This document shows positions 1 to 9,932 of a stretch of 23,921 nt of DNA, piece by piece (position 1 is the first letter of the stretch; the number at the start of each line of letters is the position of its first letter). The translations under genes and the position numbers were made by a program. The DNA comes from Chiloscyllium plagiosum (taxonomy: Eukaryota). The notes beneath the pieces were generated by a model that searched no databases, was not told the DNA's origin, and was given only the letters and a program-made list of their open reading frames with translations. The DNA lies in NCBI RefSeq assembly GCF_004010195.1, contig NC_057718.1, positions 66,659,351 to 66,683,271 on the forward strand, given 5' to 3'.

Positions 1-219
1 GTACAAGTAGTAAGTTTGCAGATGATAACAAAATTGGAGGTGTAATGAACAGCGAAGAGGTTTACCTCAGATTACAACGGGATCTGGATCAGATGGGCCA
101 ATGGGCTGAGATGTGGCAGATGGAGTTTAACTCAGATAAATGCAAAGTGCTGCATTTTGAGAAAGCATATCTTAGCAGGACTTATACACTTAATGGTAAC
201 GTCCTAGGGAGCGTTACTA
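1..219 (+). mobile_element. CR1-clade LINE fragment (HER1-like), RT domain region
   Basis: Reads SKFADDNKIGGVMNSEEVYLRLQRDLDQMGQWAEMWQMEFNSDKCKVLHF, the typical CR1 RT FADD...LQRDLD...W..WQM.FN..KC.V.H motif; closely similar to 5465-5680; cut by the window edge. Confidence 0.9.
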
Positions 220-457
220 AACATTTTTAAGGGGAAATTTGCAGAGCTATGAGGAAAGAGCACATGATTTTTCTTTTAATGTAGTTTCTAATAACTTTTA
301 ATGATCCTACTTCAATTCAAATAGCATTCCACAGCAGGAAGTAAACTAGGAAACCATATCATCACTGACTAAATTAAATTTTGGTTCTCAATTGTGAATT
401 GACAAAAGCCAAAAACTGCTACAGTTTCATCTACGTATTTACTTTAAGCAGACTGAT

Positions 458-505
458 TCTCAAGTGCCAAGCCATTGTCTCAAGAGCCAAGCCATTGTCT
501 CAAGA
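458..505. repeat. Short tandem duplication, 20-bp period
   Basis: tctcaag-t-gccaagccattg-tctcaag-a-gccaagccattg-tctcaag-a read directly. Confidence 0.9.
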
Positions 506-910
506 TTGAGTGAAGCAGTTCAACTTTTGTTCCATCCAAAATATAACATTATCTGAAGATTGTTTTGAGAAATTCTCTTTCAGGATAGGGTTATAATGAA
601 ATTTAACATTAAATATAATCTGGATTATAATGTATATACATTGGAATTTTATTCTGAGATGTTTTCTCAATTTTATTTTAAAATATTAATATACAGATTT
701 ATCATTAACTCTATTTATTAAATGAAGTACACATAGTTCACAGTAGTAACATGTTTAAATAACTGAGTTCACTGATTTGTACATGACGATTTAATCAAAC
801 AACATCCTAGTCACAGACATGTAAGAATGAGAAGATGCACTGATAAAATGTTGATGCTTTAAGTGTAAAAGTAGAGAGTAAAATCTTAAATCTAATATTT
901 AAAATGTTCA

Positions 911-1057
<147 letters not shown>

Positions 1058-1745
1058 TTACATTCCTGAAAGAATAGAATAATAAGTTACCAAACAATAC
1101 ACTATTACAGGAAAGACTTCTCAAATTCATAATGTCTTTTAGATTAAATTGGGAATTGCATTGGCATTTACTTATTAGTGTTTAACAACTGTTGAGCAGC
1201 CAGAGGTTACTGGCATCAGTTCGTCTGGGTTGGACCCCTCAGATCAATTTTGCAGTTTACCAATATCAGATGGAGAAAACACTTCAATATATGGTCGATT
1301 ATAACATTTAATTATATTATTCCACAGGCCATCTAACAGGTTATTAACAACTATTCATATTGTAGCGTTGTTGATATATTTCACCCCGAGTAGTATGCAG
1401 ATGCACATCATTCCACAGGGTACCTGCACAAAATCTGACTTCACAAAAAACTAATGTAATTTGACATTGATTTTTGTCAGTACCACAGTACATTTCAAGT
1501 ATAGACGTGCAGAAATTCCACATTTCCTAACAGCTTCTCACTGCAGAATACGTGATCATGAGGCCCAAGAAAAATGATGGCATACAGCAGCAACTCATTG
1601 GTGCCATATTTTGGATCATGCAATGTATCTTTTCGCCCATTTCTCACACAGCAGTGCCACATTACACAATGAATAAAATAGGTTACAAGCACTAAAAAAC
1701 TTTAAAATGGCCTAAAATGTCTGCTCAGAATAGACTGGTAAGAAA

Positions 1746-3090
1746 ATAAGAAGTAGGAGCAGGAATAGGCAATTCTAGCCCTCAGGGCTAATCTGCTATT
1801 TAATATGATCATGGCTGATGTTGTCTCAGCCTCAACTCCACTATTGCATGCTTGCCATAATCTTTCAACCTGTTACTAATTAAAAATATATCTATCTATC
1901 TCCTCCTTAAATATTTAGTAAGTGTCCCAGCAACAACCCACTCTGGGGTGGTGAATTCCACAAATTCATGACCCTTTGAAAAGAATAATTTCTCATCTGT
2001 TTTAAATCTGCTAAACCTTATCCTAAAATTATGGCCTCTTGTTCTAGACTGCCGCATGTGAGGAAACATCCTTTCAACGTCTATTTTGTCAATCTCCTTT
2101 AGCACCATTATATACGTCAATCAGATTTCTTCTCATACTTTTAAACTCCAGAGAGTATAGGTCTTAAGTACTCAATCTCTCTTCATAATACAATCCCCTT
2201 ATCTCTGGAATCAATCTAGCAAGCCTCCTCCGAACTGCCTCCAATGCAATTACATCCCTCCTCAAGTGAGGGGACCAGGTTGACATAGAATACGCCAGGT
2301 GCAGTTTCACCAATGCCTGGTACAGTTGCAGCAACTTCCCCAATTTTACATTCTATTATTTTAGCAATAAATGCCAAACTTGCCTTTCCCTTCCTTATTA
2401 CCTGCTGTTCCTACCTATTAGTTTTGTGATTCATGCACATGGAACCCAGACCACTCTGCACCAAAGCACTCTAAAGTTTCTCTTCTCTTGAAAAGAGAAT
2501 TGCCTTTCTATTCATTCAATCAAAACGGTTAAGCTCACGCTTATCCTCGTTTAAGTCCCAAATTTTGGCCCATTCACCTAACCTCCCTATATTTACTTGT
2601 AAATTTGTTATTTCTTCATTGCAACTTACCTTCGCAGCTGTTTTAGTGTCATCTGAAAAATTTGTGATCATACTTTCTATCCCCACATTCAAGTGATTAA
2701 TATAAATTGTAAATAGTTGGGGCCCAAGGACTAAACCATGTGGCACCCCCTCCAGTTACATCTTGCCAACCAGAAGACCATTTATCCTGACTTCCAGCTT
2801 TCTGTTAGTTGGCCAAGCCTATATCCAAAATAATAAATGACCCAACCCCATATGATCTTAACTTTTGTGCAGCACGTATCAAATGCCTTCTGCAAGTCTA
2901 GATATACTACAAGATTCCCATGATCTATATTGCTCGTTACAACTACAAAGATCTCTAGCAAATTAGTCAAACATAATCTACCCTTCGTAAAATCATAAAG
3001 ACTCTGATGGATTGCATTTTGACTTTCCAAATGTTATTACTTCCTTAATGGATTCCAACAATTTTCCCAATGCTAAACGTTAAACTAACT
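1746..3090 (-). mobile_element. CR1 LINE, decayed RT and 3' end
   Basis: Minus-strand ORF pieces: FTKGRLCLTNLLE..VVYLDLQKAFD, VLGPQLFTIYINHL, NFSDDTK, DVERMFP..SRTRGHNFRI; CR1-type 3' terminus near 1746; many stops and frameshifts. Confidence 0.9.
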
Positions 3091-3389
3091 ACTTTCTGCT
3101 TCCAAGATTCAAGTTGGTTACTCCCCCATGCCATTTTGCTGAACATTTGAACAGTCAAAGGTGGCACTTCTGAGCTAATCATGGTAATGTAGATTGAAGT
3201 CTTCAACATTAAGTTTATTCTCTGTTTGATTCTCTCACTGATTACTCAAAGTTCTCTTCAATGTGAAAGAGTATTAATCTATCTGTTGGGAATAACTATA
3301 CACACCCAACAATGTAAAGCTGTGTTTCCCTTATTTCTGCCACATACATCCATAAACCCACATGTTCACACACTGTCCAATAAACACTA

Positions 3390-4130
3390 AAGAACTACAG
3401 ATGATGGAAATCTAAAACAAAAAAAAGTGCTTGAGTAACTGAGCAGGTCTGGCAGCATCTATGGATAGAAAAAAAAAAGGAGTTCACAGTTTGATTCTAG
3501 TATCAGGGGCTTTGGTAGGTGAGGAGAGAGTAGACAAACGGGCATGTGTTGCACCTTCTGTGAATGCATGGGAAAGTTCCATGGGATTGTTGGGAGTTAA
3601 GGAAGTGTCCCGGAGGCTAACAAGCAAAGGAGGGGAATATGTGTCTGGTTGCGTGACATCTGACTGGAGTTGTTAGGAATGGCTGCTTATGAGCCTTTGG
3701 ATGCAAGTCTAGTGGGGTGGAAATTGAGGACCAGGGTGACTCCACCCTTGTTGTAGGAGGGAAGGGGTGAGGGCAGAAGGTCAGGAAGTGCGTCAGACAC
3801 ACCCGATGGTCCTGCCAACTACAGTGGCAGGAAATCCTCGGAAGAAGAAGAAAGGTGGATGTTTCTGAAGCCTCGTCTTCTAAAGGTGACATCATCAGAA
3901 TAGATGCATGAATGCAGAGAAACTGGGGAAAATGGAATGGAGTCCTTACAGGAAACAGAGTGTGAGAATATATAGTTAATGTAACTGTGGGAGTTGGTGG
4001 GTTCGTAATAGATATCAGTGATTAGTATAGCTCTGGAAATGAAAATAGAGATGTCAAAGAAGGGAAAGAGGAAGGAGGAGATGGACCAGGTTAAGGTGAG
4101 AGCAAGATGGAAATTGAAAGCAAAATTCAT
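3390..4130 (-). mobile_element. Penelope-like element fragment (RT thumb/linker plus pLTR remnant)
   Basis: ORF 3819-4130 contains TDIYYEPTNSHSYINYIFSHSVSCKDSIPFS, resembling the PLE motif YYKPTDSHSYLDY.SSHP..CK.SIPFSQ; 3390-3480 carries the gcaggtctggcagcatc terminal motif shared with the other PLE pieces. Confidence 0.8.
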
Positions 4131-4452
4131 AAAGACAGCTGTAGAGGCAAAGAAGATTGCCTTCCTAATGTTTAATTATTCAAAATGTTAGTTCTTACAA
4201 CAGAATGTCAGATGAGAAAATCTTAAACTGTGGAGGGAGTGCATGGGCCAAGTGGAACAACAGTGAAGTAAAGCTGAGGGCTGCACTGACTGACATCTTT
4301 GAAAGACTCATATTGCACAAGAGTGAAATTCTGCTCATGAATGCTGTTACACACTCTGCCAATAAAATCATGGCAGCATGAAATAAACACAAAGTGAATG
4401 AAAGAAATACTATTAATACAACAGTAAATAAATACAACAGTAAATAAACAGT

Positions 4453-4526
4453 GTGGGCGGCACGGTGGCAGTGGGCGGCACGGTGGCATGTGGGCGGCAC
4501 GGTGGCAAGTGGGCGGCACGGTGGCA
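4453..4526 (+). repeat. Four tandem copies of the 18-mer GTGGGCGGCACGGTGGCA (SINE 5' head)
   Basis: Copies at 4453, 4471, 4490 and 4509 with spacers of 0, T and A. Confidence 0.95.
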
Positions 4527-4826
4527 CAGTGGTTAGCACTGCTGCCTCACAGCGCCTGAGACCCGGGTTCAATTCCCGCCTCAGGCGACTGACTGTGTGG
4601 AGTTTGCACGTTCTCCCCGTGTTTGCGTGGGTTTCCTCCGGGTGCTCCGGTTTCCTCCCACAGTCCAAAAGATGTGCAGGGTTAGGTGAATTGGCCATGC
4701 TAAATTGCCCGTAGTGTTATGTAAGGGGTAAATGTAGGGGTATGGGTGGGTTTCGCTTCGGCGAGTCGGTGTGGACTTGTTGGGCCGAAGGGCCTGTTTC
4801 TACACTGTAATGTAATCTAAATCTAA
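4509..4826 (+). mobile_element. HE1-type tRNA-derived V-SINE
   Basis: A box TGGCACAGTGG, B box GGTTCAATTCC, V-domain-like gtgggtttcctccgggtgctccggtttcctcccacagtccaaa, CR1-like tail gggccgaagggcctgtttc and (aatct)n end; near-identical copies at 16817 and 20516. Confidence 0.9.
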
Positions 4827-4921
4827 ATATGGAGCAAATTACTGTAATGGTATTGGCAGGACTACCTTGCTTAGGTGGTTTAAGAGGACATTCTCAAAGT
4901 TGAATATTAGTGTTCCTACCT

Positions 4922-5133
4922 AAATAAAAACAGTAAGAACTGTGAATACTGTAAATCAGAAACAAAAATAGAAACTGCAGGAAAAGCTCAGACATTTCAG
5001 GTCTGGAGACCCTTCCTCAAAACTGGCCAGTTCTGAGGAAGTGTCGCCAGATCTGAAAAATTAATTCTGATTTCTTCTAACAGATACTGCCAGACATGCT
5101 GCGCTCTACTGGCGATTTCTATGTTTGTTACAT
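4922..5133. mobile_element. Short palindromic Penelope-pLTR-derived element with 11-bp TSD
   Basis: Central hairpin cttcctcaaaactgg/ccagttctgaggaag; degenerate hammerhead-like ctgagga...tgaaa; flanked by tgttcctacct at 4911-4921 and 5134-5144. Confidence 0.7.
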
Positions 5134-5213
5134 TGTTCCTACCTCTGCGCTAGAAGGTTCAAGTTCCACCTGCCCTTGATGTGTGTCCTATCAGAACAGG
5201 TTGATTAAAAATA
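5134..5213 (+). mobile_element. Remnant of a short tRNA-like SINE interrupted by the element at 4922
   Basis: ggttcaagttccacctgc...tcagaacaggttgattaaaaata matches the two copies at 13969 and 14082. Confidence 0.6.
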
Positions 5214-5330
5214 CGTCTGGGAAACATGACATTATGCTTTCAGATGTTTTTCCCGAAGACCAAAATGCAATATGTGGGGAGTATAGGTAGGTTTCTGAAA
5301 TGAACAGAGCGGGGACCGGGAAGCAGCCAT

Positions 5331-6313
5331 ACAGAGGGTGGTAGACGATTGTTTTCAGACTGGAGACCTGTGACCAGTGGAGTGCCACAAGGATCTGTGC
5401 TGGGTCCACTGCTTTTCTGCATTTATATAAATGATTTGGATATGAACAGTTGAGGTATATAGTTAGTAAGTTTGCAGATGACACAAAAATTGGAGGCATA
5501 GTGGACAGTGAAGAAGGTTACCTCAAAGTACAACAGGTTTGATCAGATGGGCCAATGGGCTGAGGAGTGGCAGATGAAGTTTAATTTAGAGAAATGTGAG
5601 TTACAGCATTTTGGAAAAGCAAATCAGAGCATGACTTCTATGCTTTATGGTATGGTCCTGGGGAGTGTTACTGAACAAACAGACCTTAAGAGTGCAGGTT
5701 CATAGTTCCTAGAAAGTGGAGTCGCAGATAGATAGGAGAGGGAAGGCAGCATTTGGTATGCTTTCCTTTATTGATCAGAGCATTGAGTATAGGAGTTGGG
5801 AGGTCATTTTGCAGCTGTACAGGACATTAGTGAAGCCAAATTTGGAATGAAAGGATTCAGAAAAGATTTGCAAGGATGTTGCCAGAATTGGAGCTATAGG
5901 GAGAGGCTGAATACGCTGGGGCTGTTTTCCCTGGAGCGTCAGAAGTTGAGAGGTGGCCTCAGAAGTTCATAAAATCATGAGAAGCATGGATAGGATAAAC
6001 AGACAAGGTATTTTCCTGGGGTGGGGGAGTCCAGAACTAGAGGGCAGAGGTTTAGGGTGAGAGGGGAAAGATATAAAGGAGACCTAAGGGGCAACTTTTT
6101 CACGCAAAGGGTGGTGCATGTATGGAATGAGCTGCCAGAGGAAATGGTGGAGGCTGGTACAATTGCAACATTTAAAAGGCATTTTGGATAGGTATATGAA
6201 TAGGAAGGGTTTGGAGGGATATGGACTAAGTACTGGCAAATGGGACTAGATTGGGTTGGGATATCTCGTCAGCATGGACGAGTTGGACCGTAGTGTATAT
6301 CTCCATTACTCCA
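5331..6313 (+). mobile_element. CR1 LINE (HER1-like), 5'-truncated RT and 3' end
   Basis: Encodes [53 protein letters not shown]; ends in a ctccat-type short repeat tail. Confidence 0.92.
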
Positions 6314-6700
6314 TATTCTGAGCAGGAAACCACGCTGAACTGTAACGCTGCAAAGTTCTCAAATAGGCAACATTAAAAACACAGATTACAATAAACCTCC
6401 GTGCATTAAAATTTCAGTCCTCCTTCAAGAGTAACGCTAAAAAAGATTAAATGCAGACTGTCTAACCACATGCTCCCATTGCCTAAATACCGTACGGTTA
6501 CGTCCAACTGTTCGAGCTTAGTTCCCATTTGGATTATGCAGCTCGTGAACTGATTGGACACAGACCAGATATTCAGTAACCAACTACCTCGGACACAAGA
6601 ACCAGCTCATACTGTTCCACAGCTAACTGAGCATATACTTCAATAACAGAGCCACAGTGCTTCCACAAACTAAACTCAGCCTAAGGCGAGCTAGTCCCCA

Positions 6701-6800
6701 TTCTGGATCAGAGTGGTGCTGGAAAAGCACAGCAGTTCAGGCAACATCCGAGGTGCAGGAAAATCGACATTTCGGGCAAAAGCCCTTCATCAGGAATAGA
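6701..6800 (-). mobile_element. Penelope pLTR fragment with hammerhead-like core
   Basis: Near-identical to 9853-9932; minus strand 6795-6764 reads UC-CUGAUGA-A-GGGC-UUUU-GCCC-GAAA-UG-UC-GA. Confidence 0.8.
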
Positions 6801-6847
6801 GACCAGTCAATCACCTAATTCAAGCCCAGGCTCCCGTCCAGCCTTAC

Positions 6848-6885
6848 TCGCTTCAAGGCCGCATTTCCACTGACTGTCAGGAATC
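6848..6885 (-). other. Putative non-coding first exon of TFB1M (5' boundary uncertain)
   Basis: Minus-strand donor CGA|gtaagg at 6848/6847 (alternative TAG|gtgatt at 6815/6814) directly next to the CCAAT cluster; the coding exon starts with a splice acceptor, so an upstream exon is required. Confidence 0.5.
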
Positions 6886-7125
6886 TCGGCCAATCACAGC
6901 TGAGGAAGGAAGCCACTTGTGGGCGGCACCAGAATAAACCAATCGTAACTTCAAGCCTGAACAGCCCAATCATAATGAGAAAACAGACCCTGAGCAGACC
7001 AATTAGAGCAGGGGAACTGAACAGACCGACCAATCGGAACGGGAGTGTATTGCCAATCCGTACCATTCACGAGGTGGTCCAGAAATGAGCCAATCAGTGT
7101 GTTCTAAGCGTTGAGGGGCGGGTCT
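6885..7125. promoter_or_regulatory. CCAAT (NF-Y)/GC-box promoter with no evident TATA box, probably of TFB1M, possibly bidirectional
   Basis: CCAAT at 6890, 6939, 6966, 6999, 7030, 7053 and 7090, all on the + strand; GC boxes at 6921-6926 and 7115-7122; tandem GGAAGGAAG at 6904-6912; locally elevated CpG in non-TE sequence. Confidence 0.75.
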
Positions 7126-7237
7126 TGCTGGGCAAGGAGGAGAACTGTGAATGTGGTGCTTTAAGCGGTTTGTAGTTATTCAGGGACCTTGATCGTATCA
7201 AATGATTCAAAAAATGATCTTAATAAGTCTGCTACTA

Positions 7238-7335
7238 TCTAGAGGGTCACTGGAGTCGAAATGTTAACTCGGTGTTCTCTGTGCAGCTACGGTCAGAGCT
7301 GATGTATTTCAGTTTTCTAGCATCCCCAGTTTTTT
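7238..7335 (+). mobile_element. Degenerate Penelope-pLTR-type fragment
   Basis: gagggtcactggagtcgaaatgttaactc...tctctgtgcag aligns by eye with 5035-5090. Confidence 0.45.
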
Positions 7336-7567
7336 ATGATGTTAAATGTTGCATTTTCTTTGCTGAAGGAGCTGACTTCATGCTACGTGTCCAGTTCCCT
7401 ACGTTTCATGCCGCTTCTCTGTAGCCATTCTTGAACTAGTTAGTCTTAAATTGAATGGAAAGATATGAAACAAAAGGATGTTAATTAAATCTAATCATAG
7501 TTGCCTTCGCCAGCTGAGTGTAGCCAATTAACTGGCTTTGGCTTGTGTTTTACCAAAAATCGGCTGT

Positions 7568-7788
7568 TGAAAATGGGTTGCTTGAAAAGCGCAGCAGGTC
7601 AGGCAGCATCCAAGGAACAGGAGAATCGACGTTTCGGGCATAAGCCCTTCTTCAGCCCATTCCTGAAGAAGGGCTTATGCCCGAAACGTCGATTCTCCTG
7701 TTCCTTGGGTGCTGCCTGACCTGCTGCGCTTTTCAAGCAACACATTTTCAGCTCTGATCTCCAGCATCTGCAGACCTCACTTTCTCCT
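7568..7788. mobile_element. Palindromic Penelope-pLTR-derived element with 88-bp inverted arms and 14-bp TSD
   Basis: Arms 7568-7655 and 7663-7750 with 2 mismatches, 7-nt loop cccattc; TSD caaaaatcggctgt at 7554-7567 and 7789-7802; similar to the pLTR at 12675-12808. Confidence 0.9.
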
Positions 7789-8135
7789 CAAAAATCGGCT
7801 GTGTCAGTTTGGAGGAGTTTAATGGAGGGTTTCTCCCTGTGAATTACCTCATGCAATTACCCACAGCTTGTCTTATTACTTATTCACCATACCTCCTTGG
7901 TATTGTTAATGATAACTCTCCCTCACCGAGGTAGGTTCTCTATTCCCACAGAATTCCCAGCTTCTGTGCACCTGGTGAAGCACTACAAACCCAAAGCTGC
8001 CCTGTACATTGCACGCTATGGAAATGAAGGAAACTTCTGAGGGGACGTGGGTGGTCTATGTGACACTTCATTGCAAATACACGCTGTCACTGGCTAATAA
8101 ATTGCTATTTGCTATCATCAACTACCTGATGGATT

Positions 8136-8489
8136 TACAAAGTTAAAAATCACACAACACCAGGTTATATTCCAACAGGTTTAATTGGAAGCACACTAGC
8201 TTTCGGAGCGATGCTCCTTCATCAGGTGATAATGGAGGGCTCGATCGTAACACAGAATTTATAGCAAAAATTTACAGTGTGATGTAACTGAAATTATACA
8301 TTGAAAAATTGATTGTCTGTTAAGCCTTTCATCTGTTAGAATACAGTGATAGTTTCACTTCTTTCATGTGTAAATCACAAAACCTTTTTTTAAAAGTTGC
8401 ATTCTCAGGTTAGCTGTTAACAATGGTGATAGCTAGACAATATATTGAAGGTGTGGCCCCCTGTGTTGTCTGTCTATGCCATGCCATCC
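8136..8489 (-). mobile_element. Second Penelope-like family, terminal fragment with hammerhead-like core and 12-bp TSD
   Basis: Minus strand 8228-8194: CAC-CUGAUGA-A-GGAGC-AUC-GCUCC-GAAA-GC-UA-GUG; direct repeat acctgatggatt at 8124-8135 and 8490-8501; second copy at 11585-11712. Confidence 0.8.
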
Positions 8490-8524
8490 ACCTGATGGAT
8501 TGTTATTGTAACTCCACTGTAAAG

Positions 8525-9096
8525 GGATTTAAGATGGCAGCAGAGTAGGACGCTCCTGTGCTTCACCTCTTTTTTTCCTCCTCTTCATCTCTCTCCTTAG
8601 AAGCAAATACTAGTGCAGGCACTGGCAACAAGGCTTGGAACAGCGTCTGGGCTGCAAGCCTCTGTATAGCGCGCAAGCAGTGAGTCCCTGGCGGACACTG
8701 GCAGGGGGAGGCAATCCTGGCACTTACCTTGAAGCAACTGAATGCTTATATGGAGTGCACCAGGGCTCGGAATGGAGGAGGGATGGCTGTTGGACTCGGG
8801 TCTGACATGAGCGGTCAGACCACATTCATCAGACCCTGCAGTGACCTGCTACACTGTAAAGTCCATTTGAAATTTCCTACCTTACTGTAATGTCAACCCT
8901 TTAATGTCCTATTTTAAACTTATTTTTTCGACTCTAAGTAACACAGCTACTTTTATTCCTCTGCTGTATCCAAGAATTGTAACTAGATACTAGTACCTGA
9001 GATGTCACCATAATAAGGCGGACATTGTAAAAGCTTTTCACTGTACTCCTGCAATGGAGTACGTGTGACAATAAAAGGATATTCTGTTTTATTCTG
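8525..9096 (+). mobile_element. Non-autonomous retroposon with a Rex1/L2-like 3' tail (family uncertain)
   Basis: Begins with aagatggc (YY1-like) and a GC-richer body; ends aagcttttcactgtac...gtacgtgtgacaataaa followed by (tattct)-like repeats; no long ORF. Confidence 0.5.
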
Positions 9097-9818
9097 TACA
9101 GACTACCCATCATTAGTGCTATTAGACTTTTGCCTAAGGGAATGCCATTCTTTTCCTAATGGCCGAACCACTTTCTCATTGATTAATGTGGGTGTCAAAT
9201 GTTGGCAACTTTTATGGAAGTCACCAGAATCAAATAGCCATCCCACTTCTTCAGGTCACAGGTCCCACTCCATCTATTGACATAGTTTGGTGATGGGTCT
9301 CAGAACATACCTGGTCTGCAGTGGCATTGCACCTTGCTCACATGGAAGAAATGGCATTCACAACAATTAACTCTGGCTCTTCCTTACCTCCTCATAAGCC
9401 CTTTGGGGACATCCAGCTGCAACTTTTCACATGGAATCTGATTGGCAGCATTTGGTGATTGTGTCTTGAGCTTACTGGCATACCTGTTACTTGAACCTTA
9501 CAGCTTAGCGAGCAAACGTACATCCAGTACCTGTTACCCTTTCGTCTCTCTGCACTATTGTCGCACTGTAGCCTTTATGTGGATGTTTGACATCAGCTCC
9601 CTTATTCCAATGTAGCAGCACAAACCATGTTGCACTAATGTGATAGAAAACTTTGAGTGCAGCAGGATTGCTTAAACCTTGTCCGTTCCAAACCGTAGCA
9701 CCCAAGTTAGGCAGCATTGCATATAAAAACATGTTGGCAAATACAGTTTAAGGTGAGAGGAAATCAACTCTGCTATTGTGTAGCCTGTAAGATCTTGGAC
9801 TGTCTTTGCAAATTGTAG

Positions 9819-9932
9819 GTAAAAACAATGACTGCAGATGCTGAAAACCAGATTCTGGATTAGAGTGGTGCTGGAAAAGCACAGCAGTTCAGGCAGCATC
9901 CGAGGAGCAGGAAAATTGATGTTTCGGGCAAA
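9819..9932 (-). mobile_element. Penelope pLTR fragment truncated within hammerhead stem II, 11-bp TSD
   Basis: Same family as 6701-6800; gcaaattgtag at 9808-9818 and 9928-9938. Confidence 0.8.

Noticed and set aside
1170..1700. Possible extra exon or nested gene (e.g. a claudin, as in the mammalian TFB1M locus)
   Set aside because: The frames I translated are interrupted by stops and show no recognisable protein motif
4260..4380. AALTDIFERLILHK, weakly like the Rex1 RT motif VALT...FERLVL
   Set aside because: Too short and degenerate to support
4453..4526. CRISPR-like repeat array
   Set aside because: Vertebrate DNA, repeats lack unique spacers, no cas genes
4509..4585. tRNA gene candidates at SINE heads
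   Set aside because: A/B boxes present, but the sequence continues into SINE body and no full cloverleaf is evident
4195..4714. ORFs of 87-167 aa overlapping HE1 (similar ones at 16809-17165 and 20464-20832)
   Set aside because: Chance open frames through SINE sequence (CGRKPEHPEETHA...) repeated in each copy; not genes
6513..6709. Similar 22-mers at 6513 and 6688 (cgagc.tagt.cccatt..ggat)
   Set aside because: Several mismatches and no interpretable element between them
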